Shown piece by piece: positions 42,501-55,130 of a DNA stretch of 64,000 nucleotides. Source of the stretch: Paramecium tetraurelia (taxonomy: Eukaryota); contig CT868063.1 of assembly GCA_000165425.1 (NCBI GenBank), forward strand, positions 248,001 through 312,000. The letters are read 5' to 3'. Below the pieces are notes generated by a model, which worked only from the letters and a program-made list of their open reading frames with translations, made no database searches and was not told where the DNA came from. The position numbers and the translations under genes were made by a program. The stretch's first letter is position 1; every line of letters starts with the position of its first letter.

Positions 42501-45065
42501 ATTATTTTGTGAAGGACACAATTAAGATCTTTAAAATTATATGAGATCTTAAAGTAACTAAAAGAATAGTTTTGATTTAGTTTCTTAAATTGTGTTGCTA
42601 ATTTCTACTTTTTAAATCTCGAAAGCTAATTTCGAAAGTGTCTTGCAATGTTTTGAAACTCTGACAGAACTAATCCAAGGACCATGCAAATAAAATTAAT
42701 AAACTTTACTAAAAAGCAGTCTTTTAGAACATGTTGTATTGATTTTATCAGAAGACGAAAAAATATTTGAATAATCAAATGAGTATTTCAAATACGATGG
42801 TGAGAAGCAATACAGACTGGCTATTCATCCAGGATAATTGGCCAGACTGAAATTTAAATGCTTAAATTGTTTGGTATCATTATTAGAATGTTGTGACCCT
42901 CAGAATTCTGATATTGCAAGATTGGTAAGAGTTATTCCTTTGAGCGTGTTAACAAACAATCTTACAAGAGTGTATAAGTTGTTTAAAGAGTAATTTGGTG
43001 CTATTTATAAGGATGAAATTTTTAAAAGAGCAGAGCATGAAATCACAAATGATGAGTAAGCAGTAAGTTAAGAATTCATCATAGAAAATGGATTTTGCAT
43101 ATTTTTGCTGATGTAACAATTCCTTGGAAATTAAAAGGCTAAATAAATGTTATATGATGATAATGAGATGAATGATGTCTTAAATGAGTTTGCTGAAAAT
43201 AACAATAAGGAAGAGGATAATGCAATTGCAAACATATTCTCAGGCTTAGAAAATATTGCAAAAATGGGTGGCAATCTAATAGGATAGATAGGGTTGCCTT
43301 AGAAATCAGAAGAGGAAAAGTTATTGTAAGAGAAATTAGAGCAAAAAGAGTTAACCAAGAATGCTATTAAGTTTTTTAGATAAAATACATGCTCGATTGA
43401 TATGATAAGGGATTAGAAACTTTACACCATTTATTTTCCGAAATTACCAATTTGTAAATTGCCTAAAAGTGCCAGACTCGAATTTCATGATTAAGTTGAT
43501 CGAACAAGTAGTAAGACAAAATTAACATACTTGATGGAAAGAGCTAATTTTCTTATAAAGGTTATGGAATACGAAGAAAAATTGAATTAAGTATTTGCTA
43601 AAAATCCTATTTTCGCATTTTTCGCAACATCTGGAAAACTTTGGGAGAATTGTGCATTTGTAACAACATTAGTCATCAATCTAATAGTATTATTAAGTTA
43701 TTCATAAAAATTTTATAATGAAGGTCAATCAGATATCACAGGGGATTTGATATATGAAAGATTGTTAGATCCAAGATTATTAGGATAGACAGATTTTATA
43801 TGGACACCTATATTAATTTAAGGATTGGGAATCACAATGTTAGTGTTTAGTTCATTAATAGTTTTCTTCTTTTTAGTGAAAAGAGCACCTCTCAAAGTTG
43901 ATCACATATGGGAAGATTATTAAAAACCAAAAACAGTAATGAAAATGATTTGGGATGTGAGCATAAGGGGAATAAAAAGTTTAATTATTTTATTATAGGA
44001 CTCAGACATACTGTATTATTGTATCTATATTATCGCTGGGATTGTTGGGTTGACAGTTCATCCATTTTTTTTTGCGTTTCACTTGATGGATTTCTTAAAA
44101 TTGGAGCAATTAAAAACAGTATTGGATGCAATATGGGGTCCAAGGTAGGAAATAGGTTTGGCACTTCTATTATTGGCTGTGATTGAATATTATGTTGGAA
44201 TTCTTGGGTTTGTCATATTTTTTAATGATTATCCGATAGTAAATGGAACAAACTGTAGAATACTACAAGACAATGATCATATTATATGTGAGAGGGGATG
44301 TAGTACATTGTGGCAATGCATTTTTATGAGTTTTGATTTAACATTCAAATTCACAGGGGCTTTAGGTCAAGGGATTATGGATTATGACACTATTACAGAA
44401 ATATCTTAGGATTATGATATGATTGTAAATGGTTGGGATAGAGTAATCTACTCATAAAATGAATATGATGGAGTCGATCATAGTTTCACTTCGAATTACT
44501 TTAGTCGTTTTGTTTTTGACAATGCTGTCAATATTGTGTTAGTTATGATTATGCTCAATATGATATAAGGTATTATTGTTGATACTTTTGGTTCATTGAG
44601 AGAAAAGCTTCAAGAAAGAATCAAAGATCAAACGATGAAGTGCTTCATATGTGGTATCACAAGGGAAAAATTCGAAAAAAATGATGAAGGAGGAGGCATG
44701 GGCTTTCAAGAACACATAGAATAAGAACATTACATGTGGAATTACATTTATTATATTGCTTATTTGAAGCATAAAGATGAAAATGATTATAATGGCAACG
44801 AATCCTATATCAAATCAAAAATTGATATTAAAGATATAAGTTGGATGCCAATTAAAAGGTAACCAAAAAATACATTATTTTTAGAGCAAGATTTGCTGAA
44901 GAAGATATGGATGATTAATAAAAAGGTAATGAAATCTAAGAGGTAATTGAGATGAAGATGAAAACCATGAATGATTCATTAGAGAAGATCTAAGATAGAA
45001 TAAAACATATAATTGATATTATCAATAATCAACCTGTAAGCATGACAGAAACATACCACGCATGA
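36549..45065 (+). CDS. IP3 receptor/ryanodine receptor-family intracellular Ca2+-release channel (~2820 aa)
   Basis: MIR-like YRIRHFQTGQYL. RIH-associated LFCEGHNQDLQNYMR and ELIQGPCKQNQ. TM block with GIIVDTFGSLR, KCFICGI, EHYMWNYI and SWMP. Introns at 37344-37365 and 44859-44884. Confidence 0.93.
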
Positions 45066-46100
45066 ATGTTATATATATTTCAAACTAACTTAATTAGTTT
45101 ATTCAAGACTACTTATACTTATTTTATATGAATAATATTTTATTATTCTTTTTTAAATATAATGTTAAAAAAATAACAATATATTATATATTTTTATATT
45201 TAAAACCATAATAGATCATTTTTCTAATTTAGATCTGAATAATTGATAGAAACGAGCTGGATAATTTAACTAACTTAATTTCTATAGGTAAAGATATTAA
45301 ATTGACTAATATATAGTCTTTATTTTTATAAAATAATTGGATTTGTATACTAAATTAAATCTACCTTAATAGTTCTCGAATAAGGACAATTATTGGAGTC
45401 TAAGTTTAATGATTTCTAATCATCCGGACGATTTCTGCCTTTACTTAAATTTTTATAGAAGATCAGCCAAAGGAAAACTATGGATATTTAACTTAAATTA
45501 TATAAGTCTAATAGAAATAATTTTATTTAGAAAAATTTATTTCATAATAAATGCTTTTGTTTGAAGTTCAAAATTATAAGATGAACACTGTAGCAGTTCA
45601 ATTTATATATATTTTCATTATTCTATTATTATTTCTATTAAGAAGATTCAAAAAGTTTTATGTTTATTCATTTTTAATTAGAATAAATTATTCTTATTTT
45701 GTTCGAGTGGCTTGAATTATTGTTTTCCTTTGACTTTAGAGTTTATCCATTTGGAAATATAAATTGATATTAATACTAAATGCATCTTGAATATAATTTC
45801 AAAATTAATATATGTGATTGATTTAGTATTTGAACTATTTGAGGGATCAAATCAACATAATGTAAATCTCTTATCACTATTACAGAGCAATTCATATGTT
45901 TTTTTGGCAAATGTTTAGTTGTTAAATGGGTAAAAATTTTAGCACAAATTTAAAGCAAACTTAATGCATGATATTTAAGAAAGAATTATATATTGGATAT
46001 TAGTATAAGGTATAAAATATTCTAATTAAAACAGTAATCTTCAGAATTCTCATATAAAAGGATAATAAATACATATTAAAATCATAAATATTTATTTTTT

Positions 46101-48428
46101 ATGATGAAGAACGATTACGAGCCTATTAAGACCCTTCGCAAAGAGGAAGGGAAGCTAAAGATGCAATTAATAATTCTTAAAGATAGTAACACGCCTGAAT
46201 ATTTCATATCCCTTCATCTAATGAATATCAATATCTCTCATTAAGATTTGACTAAGATGAGAAAATTGAAATACCTAAATATTATTCAGCCTCAGAATTA
46301 CTATGAAGAAGGAAAGGAAAAGATTTTAATATTTCCAGATAGTGGACCATTAAAGTTGACCAATAAATAATTGGCCCAAAATTATTATAGAATTTTGCTT
46401 TAGTTAGCGCTAAGTAAGTCTTGTTTCTAAATATAGCTTATGCTGAATTTGAATAACGATAAGTTAATTGGCCTCTGAACGAATTGTCACAGCTATACTA
46501 TGCAGGAGGGATATTATATATTTCTTTGCTAGATTTTGATTTTACCAAGCCCATCCACAACCAAAGTCCTTTTTAAATCTTTAGAGACTTTACTCTCAAA
46601 CACTTCTCCTAATACATACCTAATATACAAAATTTATTTTAATAGAATTAGTTCAAGCCAGTAATTGAATTTCTATTAGAGAAGAATGGTGACTTACATA
46701 AAGTTAATTATATGTATCCGCCGTATGAAAATGTCTTACTGTTTCTTCTATCTTAGTAAAGTCCAATATAACTTCATTCAATATATGAAATGGGTAACTC
46801 AGTGGTAAAGGGTTTCAACACACCAGAATCCCTTAAGATCACTTATACTAGATTAGGAGATCATATAGTTTACAAATCAACCAGATATCAGGCAGAAGAA
46901 CATAAATAATAAATCTAATAAAATATTCAAAGGGAAATTGAGTTAATGGAGTAAGCTTTTGATTCGCAATATGCAGTCACATGTTTTGCCTATATTAGGA
47001 TTTTTGAGTATTCTTTTCTCTTGTAAAAGAAATTCGTGCGAACATTAGCATAATTTTTAACCGATTGGTGCAAATAAACTGATAGAGAAGAAAAATAGAC
47101 AATAAAGGACGTACTCCTTATCGCAAATAGATTTGCATTAGGTATTAATTAAATTTATAAAGCCCTTAAATCACTAAAATCATTCAACATTCTGCACAGA
47201 GACCTCAAGCCTGAGAATTTATTTTTAGATCACGAACAGATTCACCTGAGCTACATATATATTGCTGATTTTGATCGTTCCAAATAATTCCAAGGATAAT
47301 TGGGTGACGTTATGACTACTTAAAATGTTTAGAATACTCCAAAGTATGATCCTCCAGAAACTACCTAATCCTTTTATTATGACGTCTATTAATTCGGTCT
47401 CATCATATTGACCATAATGAACAAAGGCAAGTACATTGGAAATGAAATAACAGGATCAAGATATTTCTCCCAAGAGGATCACAATAAGTATTATAGCAAA
47501 CAAGCCATCAAAAATGCTCTTAGTCATACAAAATACTCTGAATAGTTTATTGACATCATCTCTCAGTGTTTATAGAGAGAACCAAAAGAGAGGCCTGATA
47601 TCTAATAAATATACTCAATTATTAATCCATTATATTTAGATACAAAAATATAGAAGGTTCGACAGACTTAACCTGCGAGTGAATCTCCAGCATAACAAAA
47701 TATTTAACAAAGTCGAATCAAAAGTAACCCTACAGATAATGCAATGTATGTACCTATTCTTCCAACACCAAATCAAGATGAACCTTCAAATTTTTTTTAC
47801 TAGAACAATGTTGATAGTGGGTATTAGTAAGACCCTTAATAATATCAGCAATATCCATAATATTGGCCTAACCTATAATAGATTCCTTATCAATAGTAAT
47901 AATAGCCTACTTTTTAATATTAGACTAATTAATCATAACAGAATAATCAGCCATAATACATTGATTATTCATAACAGAATAATCAGGCATAATAGTATCC
48001 CAATAATTAACCCCCTTAACAGCCAATTTAAGGATTTTTTTCTTCACATACAGGAAGAGTTATATTATATAGTTAATAGTAACCGAATCAGCCTGTTAAT
48101 TATAATTAGAACTAAAATAATGAGCAGAACCAATAGTAAATGTATTAAAATTATAATCCCTAAAATAATGTAAACTAATTTAGATAATTTAACAACAACA
48201 ATACTCAACTTCAAATTAATAATCCTAATCATAATTTCTAGGACAATGGAGTCCTGAATTTGAGTCATTAAGATTCTCCTACTTAAGTTTCTCCTACTTA
48301 ATATCAGCCCTAAACCCCAACATAAATTCAACTCCCCTCAAATCCTAAAATAAAAATCATATCCATGTATTAGTTTCAATATATATTTAAGGTAATCTCC
48401 TGGTCAAGAAAAGAATACTCCTTATTGA
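46101..48428 (+). CDS. Atypical protein kinase: degenerate kinase-like N-domain, DFD kinase domain, Q/P/Y-rich tail
   Basis: [35 protein letters not shown] and CLQREPKERP. Three short introns. Confidence 0.85.
47930..48301 (+). repeat. Short coding direct repeats in the Q/P-rich kinase tail
   Basis: tcataacagaataatcag occurs twice (SQQNNQ) and ttctcctacttaa occurs twice (SPTQ). Confidence 0.6.
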
Positions 48429-48485
48429 TAAATAATGATTGTGAACAATAATTAATTTTATAAATTAACACATTTATTTTCAATA

Positions 48486-51400
48486 TCAATGTTCTTCCTA
48501 AGAAAAAGCAAATCCTGTGTAGCCTCTTTTAATAGGACTTTTGGGAACCTAGGAGTTATTGATCTAAAATTGCGTATTAGGGGAATGTTAATGCAATTGT
48601 TGTTCATCTTGCAATTCAATGTGCTATTTTTAAATTAGCATATAAACTTTATCATGTTAAATTCCAACCTGAGCATACTAAGACCACTAAGCTAATTTCG
48701 TCAGAGCCAAATCAAAAACTGAAGTTGCTCCAACAACTAACAGTGATGTCAAGTAGAATCTCAGATGAGAAAAGCTAGCGCTTTGGCTATTTGACATGTC
48801 AGATTTTGGCATTTTCTCTGAAACTACGATAAATAAGAGGAGATAGATGAAAACCGATCCGAAAAGCCCAACAATAACTCCAAAAGAATAAGTATTACTA
48901 AATAGGATAATCTAATTTTGATAGCCGAATTGATTACTTTGATATTGCTATTCAAAACTGAATACCCTAAAACAATGGCGCCAGTAGTCCATAAGCCAGC
49001 CATCATGCCATTATAAATAGATGAGGCTTCGTAAGTCTGGAAGGTTAGGTACGATAAGATGCCAGCTTAGATAGTGCCATTAATGACCCAAAACAAGAAT
49101 ATTTTGACGTTGAATAATTTGTGTTTGATACCAATATCGTAAAAACTAGGGTCTACAATAGAGAGATAGATTTACTTGAAGTGAGAACATCACCAGAGAA
49201 CTCTTCATCGAAGATGGCATATAATACTATAGGAAGACTAGTGAAAAATAGGTTGTAACTTTAATAGAGTAACTAGTCATAAAACATAACAGCCGAAAAG
49301 CCATTATTTACAGCCCACCAATATTGAGGTAGGACTAGAAGCATATTTTTATAAAAATTGTAATTTACAAGAGTTGAGTTTTTCCTATAACTCTCTCTTC
49401 CATGATAAAGGGTTAATCTTTTAAGTATTCTGAATTCCCCAACAGCATAATCAGAAGCTCTAGCTGCTTGCTAGCCTTCTACTCCTTTAATTCCAACTCC
49501 AATATGAGCAGCTGTAATCATGTTGACATCATTAGCACCATCTCCAATGGCTAGAGTTGTAACATTAGGTTTATTTTATCTAACTAAGGAAACAATCTCT
49601 TATTTTTATTTTGGTGAAACCCTACATGCTACTACAGCCTCACATCTTTCAGCAATTTACATTACTTTTAATGAAAGTTCTGGTTTCATAGCTATTATCA
49701 AAGCGTTGCCAGAGATCACCAATGCATTTTTATTATTGTTTTGGCTTTTTTGGATAGCCTTTTCTAATTCATTTCTAATAACTTATTCATCATTTCCATC
49801 AACTATGATTTATTATAAAGAATCATTCAATAATTAACAGGAATAACCAATATTGATAGCAGTTTCTATTTTATCTCCGGTCAATACCCACACTTTAATG
49901 CCAGCATCTTTTAAGTATTAAATAGTTGGGCCTACTTCTTCTTGTAATTTATCTTCAATGGCTGTTCCCCCTATAAGTTCTAATTCTTATTCAATTTTTG
50001 CTTAGGACTCCATCATCAGATTTTCTCTATTTTGTATGGCTGAACATGCTTGTAAATAGCCTTTTTCCCACTCTTTATAAATGGATAAGGGCAATACTCT
50101 CTTAGTTAGTAGCAGAGTTCTTAAGCCAATCGATGCAAACTCCTGTAGATCGTTCCAAGTCTTCTCTTTCAACTAAGGAACGACAGGTTTCATAAGAGGT
50201 TCAATGACAGAGTCAGCTCCCTTTGTTAACAATATAATTTGATTGGCTTGATCTTAAACGATTACAGACACTCTCTTTCTTGTACTATTGAATTCAAGTA
50301 CATGCAACAATTGGTAATTCTTTATGTCGCCTTTTATATTGACCACCATACTGTTTGAATGCATCCAATCCTTCGAAAGTATATCCGCAATATCTTGCAA
50401 AATTAACTAAGGCTAATTCATCAGGAGATGATGCTTGATATAAGAGTTAGCCATTCTTATTTTCAGTCACTATAGTATGACATAATGATAAACAAAGTAA
50501 GAACTCATGGAGTGGTCCCTTTCCTGGAGTTTAATTCAAATCATTAAAGAAAGCTTTATCTCTGAAATCAACATTTGAAACTTAAGCTAATTTTGACACT
50601 TCTTCATTTGTTAATGTGGCTTCTTTTCCATATGACTTTTTATTGACTGTCAGACATTTGAAATCCATTTGGTTCTTTGTCAATGTCCCTGTTTTATCAG
50701 AAAATATGTAATCCACTTAACCAAGTTCCTCATTCAGATTTGAAGACTAGACTGCTGTTTTTATATCGTATTCAGCTGAATAGGTCCCTTAATCCATGGT
50801 TATCAACATTCCTTAGAAATACTTAACCATTTCTAAGGAGACCAGCAATGAGATTGGGACAAAATTGGTGAATATAAGAATCCAATTACCCCATTTTATC
50901 TAAAATAAATTTATAGAGATTACAAATAGATTTTTAGTAAAATTATGTTCTGGATCTGTAATTAAAATATCTAAATAGGATAATTGGGAATTATGAATCT
51001 GTTGCCAGGATGAATTCAAATAGCCTCCCAAACCACACATGATCATCTGAAAACTAATCATATTGCATTTTTACTTATAATAGAAATATCACAATAATGA
51101 ACCAATTCATTGTTCTTTCTAAATGACTTCGTTTAGGCTAAGCTTTAACTGAATTAAGCATGATCTTTGAGTCATGTCCGTTATAACAAACAATTCCGTA
51201 AATATAATTGACATTTCTTAAAATACAACCTCTTAATATGAAATTCTTTTCACTAAGAGGGATTTGTTGATTATTAATTTCAGCAGATCCAGTAAATTGA
51301 TATAGATATGGATTTGGTCTTTCATATTTAACTGTCATCCTCAAAGCCAATAGAGAATCTTCACTTTGTTCTTACAGTTACTTTAGATTTTTTTGAATAT

Positions 51401-52002
51401 TTTTGCATTTTAGATTGGTTTCTCCATCTAAATTTTTAGTCTCAATAAACGCATTGCCCTTCTTATCTGATGTCTACATCAATAAGATATCAGCTGGTAT
51501 TTGTTCATCCTTCTAAACCTTGATCAAATCTCCGATCCTTAATTCACTCCATTGAGCATCTCTTGGTGCTTCATTTGTGCGTATCAAATAAGTCTTGCGA
51601 GTGTTTTCAGCATTGTCTGATTTGCTTCTCTGGTAATCTTCAATAAAATCCTTTATCATCGATATGCACACAACTATTGATAATGGACCCATAATCACAG
51701 GTTAACCATTTGTTATGCTGATTGCTGAGATCATCTGCATAATCGCAATGACCAAAAAGTAGACATTAGCTAACTTTGAGAACTGCTCTATCAAATTCAA
51801 TGGAATGAATGTAATAATCGATGAATATTTCGATGTTGTTATTTTGTTGTCAGGCACAGCCATGTCTGGAACATTAGATACAATCGATCTGTCTAGACTA
51901 TCATTTGTAATAAGTACCATTCATTTAATGAGCAGGCGGCCTAACAGTTATCAAGCCCCATTTTTTAATTGTTCTTTCATTGTTGTATGCATGAGAATCC
52001 AT
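48486..52002 (-). CDS. P4-type ATPase (phospholipid flippase), with an apparent 1-nt frameshift near 50358
   Basis: [48 protein letters not shown] and C-terminal [11 protein letters not shown]. Confidence 0.93.
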
Positions 52003-52032
52003 TTAATTAATATATTATTCTAAAAAACGATA

Positions 52033-52654
52033 ATGAGAATATTGGTTATTGTGGTATTAGCCCTCACAGTGATGGCAGCCCAAAAAAAGAAGAAGTACAT
52101 TTACAAACCACCTCTAAATTAGAGTCACACCAAACTTAATTCATATGGACAACAAGGCATATTAAAAATCACACGCAAAAATTGAATATGATGTTGATTC
52201 ATTTACTAGTCCCAGAACTTAGTAACTCAAGACAGCCTAGAAAAAATAAGACAGCAGCTTAAAAAGAGCCATCCTACACAGCCAATAGACCACTGGATTT
52301 GTCCAAATTTAATAGGAAACAGATCAATTCATCCTCATGAACCAAGATGAAGATGTACCACAAATTCGCAATATTTAGCTCTCTTCCGAATTAATGACTG
52401 AGTAACAAATCCAATAAGCTTTATTAACAGCCGAAGACTTTAACAATGTCCCCAACATTGAGATGCAAGCTGAATCAAACTACTAAGCTCCAGATGTAGC
52501 TCAAGATGATGTCAATGAATCCTATTATATTCCAGTTGTCACCGAAGGAGATGGCACATTAGAGGAAGTTCAGAACTCTGATGAAGAGCCCCAATAAAAC
52601 CCAGATATCGAGATGCCTTCCTTGGATGAAGCTTCATCATCGTTCCTTCAATGA
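52033..52654 (+). CDS. Small secreted acidic protein
   Basis: Signal peptide MRILVIVVLALTVMA. One 28-nt intron. Basic N-half and very acidic C-half, ending SSSFLQ-TGA. Confidence 0.75.
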
Positions 52655-53411
52655 GAAATTTAATATCCAACATGTTTAGACATTCAAGATATATAATCAT
52701 TATTTTTATACAAATTTTATATTCTTTCTTGATTAATTAGTTCGGATTTTATATTCTAAATACAATTTGAGAATACCAGTTTATTGGATTTCATTAACTC
52801 TCTTAAAACGTCTTAACTACTATATATAGTAAGCAAAATAATTGATGATCCTATTGAAATATTTTCGCAATATTCAAGATTGAAAAACTAGCCGTTACTA
52901 CTTTAATGAAAACACGTATTTATTTAAATTGTAGGACAGTGTTAAACAAATGACATATTCAGATCTCATAATAATATGGAAATACTTATCAAAATAGGGT
53001 GTTTTAACTTCTACAATTTTGGAAGATTTTAACATCAATTTTTATTATAATTTGAATATAGTTATTACTTATAATTTATTAAACTTAAAGTAATAAGTAA
53101 AGATTCTATAAAAATCCCATAAATTTATTATAACATCAATTTTAACAATTATGATGACTTTTATTGAAATGTAACTTATTGGTAAATGAAGAAAAGTCTT
53201 TAGAAATATTGATAAATTTTATTGATTATCTAAGAAAGCCAAAAACTTAAACTATGATGATTTCTCATTAATTTAATGCTCGCTTTGTCTAGTATTAAAA
53301 GATATATTATAATTATTATATTGTTTGAGTATTGAGTGATTATTGCGTTTATTCGCTTGCTTTAAATTTAAATCAAAGTTAATGGTAAGATTTATTATTA
53401 ATAATTGAGAA

Positions 53412-54852
53412 ATGAGTTTAGAGAGAAAGTCCTTCTTCGACTTCACTTCCCCTTTTGAACTGAAAAGGCCAATTGAAATATTTTAAAAATCCTTAAAGGA
53501 TCAATTTTATGTTCTCAAAAATAACAAGTTCAAGTTGAAGACCCTGGTGCTTCAACGTAATTACTTGATCAAATTTAGTTCTAAGGTATCATCATATGTC
53601 CTATATAAAAGAAACCAAGCCAAAAGTACTTTAATATAACAAATGCTTTGCTTGAATTAGTCAATCACCCTCAAATGGGAACAGGAATTTCAATAAGTAA
53701 AAACGGAGAAAATTTTACATTCTATGGTCTAGTGGACAAATGGTACACCAACTTAAAAAAATGGTGTGTGTAACCTAACTTTTAGAAAGAGTACTGTATG
53801 ATTAAACTTATCGGAAAGGGAAGCTTTGCTAAGGTATACATAAAAAATTGATCAATTAGGTGTATAAAATTTAGAGACTAGGTGATAAAAAAGAATTTGC
53901 AGTGAAGCTATTTGATAAAACCACTTTTAAAACTCAAGATAGACCTGCCTTGCTCAAAGAAATTGAATTAATGAGAATAATGAACCATTCAAATGTAGTC
54001 ACTATTCTTGAAACTTATGAAAACGAGCAATATATATTTATAGTACAAGAATTATTCAACGGCGGAGAACTCCACCAGGAATTGAAAAAAACTCAAACCT
54101 TTTCAGAATATGGAGCCTTCATAGTTATTCAATAAGTGATAGAGGCCTTAAATTACATACATTCCCATGGAATCATCCACAGAGACATCAAACCCGAAAA
54201 CATCATTTTAAGAGAACAAGGAGCTATAGAATAGGTGGTACTAGCTGACTTTGGTTTGGCTGATTACTTCAGGAAGGATTGCAAATATATGTTTACTAGA
54301 TGTGGTACTCCTGGTTTTGTTGCACCCGAATTATTGCAAGATAAAATTTACGATTATAAAGTCGATATATATAGTTGCGGGATACTTTTATACTATTTGC
54401 TCGTAGGCAAAGGGCCATTCGATTCAAACAACTATGATCAGACAGTTATGGCCAACTTTAATGGATGGGTAGACTTGACAAGGTTTCAATTTTCGATTGA
54501 ATGTCTTGAATTGTTAAGAGGCATGTTGGACCCAAACCCTCTCAAAAGATATTCGATAGATCAAATTCAACAAAGTTAATTCTTTAGAAAACATTCAACA
54601 ATTTTCCAACAAATAGGAAGTCAAAGTAGTCTGGCCAGCATACCTTCCTAAAGGGACTCACCATCAATTTCTCCCTAACAAAGTCCAAATCAAGAATCAA
54701 AGAAGTCCCCAAGCGATTTAAAAAATAGATAAGTCAACTCTTGTGTTTCGCCATTACAATTACCAGTTAGATTAAATACAACCAGCTTCTCTCCATTATC
54801 AGCTCCTTTTGGAAAGCCAAGAAATATACAAAGAATACCCATACAAATATGA
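53412..54852 (+). CDS. CAMK-group Ser/Thr kinase with PH-like N-terminal region
   Basis: [26 protein letters not shown] and [10 protein letters not shown]. Confidence 0.93.
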
Positions 54853-55130
54853 ATAAATTATATATATCGAGTTATTAAATAAATAAAAAATATTTGCTTC
54901 TGTTAGAGTATCAAAATTCACAATGTATTATGTTATTAAATAAAATTTAAATAAATATACACGTTGGTTTTGTAATTAGAAATATTAATAATTAAGTATT
55001 ATTATTTAAGTTAAAAAAATACACATATAATTCGACAAATTTAATAATATATAAAACATCTTCTCGAAGATATTAAAATAACTGATAATATAAATTTAGA
55101 TTAATGATTGGAGTAAATTTGATTAATAAT

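Noticed and set aside
8639..45065. Apparent in-frame TGA codons in large genes (possible selenocysteine or readthrough)
   Set aside because: Those I checked disappear after removing canonical short introns (e.g. ~25008-25032, 37344-37365).
45070..46100. ~1-kb intergenic region as a possible ncRNA, retained IES or gene relic
   Set aside because: No recognisable ORF, structure, terminal repeats or telomeric repeats. An IES cannot be called without germline/somatic comparison.
47679..48331. Longest track ORFs (164 aa +, 88 aa -), rich in Ile/Asn
   Set aside because: They are off-frame or antisense shadows of the Gln-rich (TAA/TAG) kinase tail.
49520..49837. 105-aa + strand ORF, and similar antisense ORFs (5563, 9249, 12975, 19716, 27941, 31170, 31656, 40200, 51805, 57294)
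   Set aside because: They lie antisense to well-supported genes and carry no recognisable motifs.
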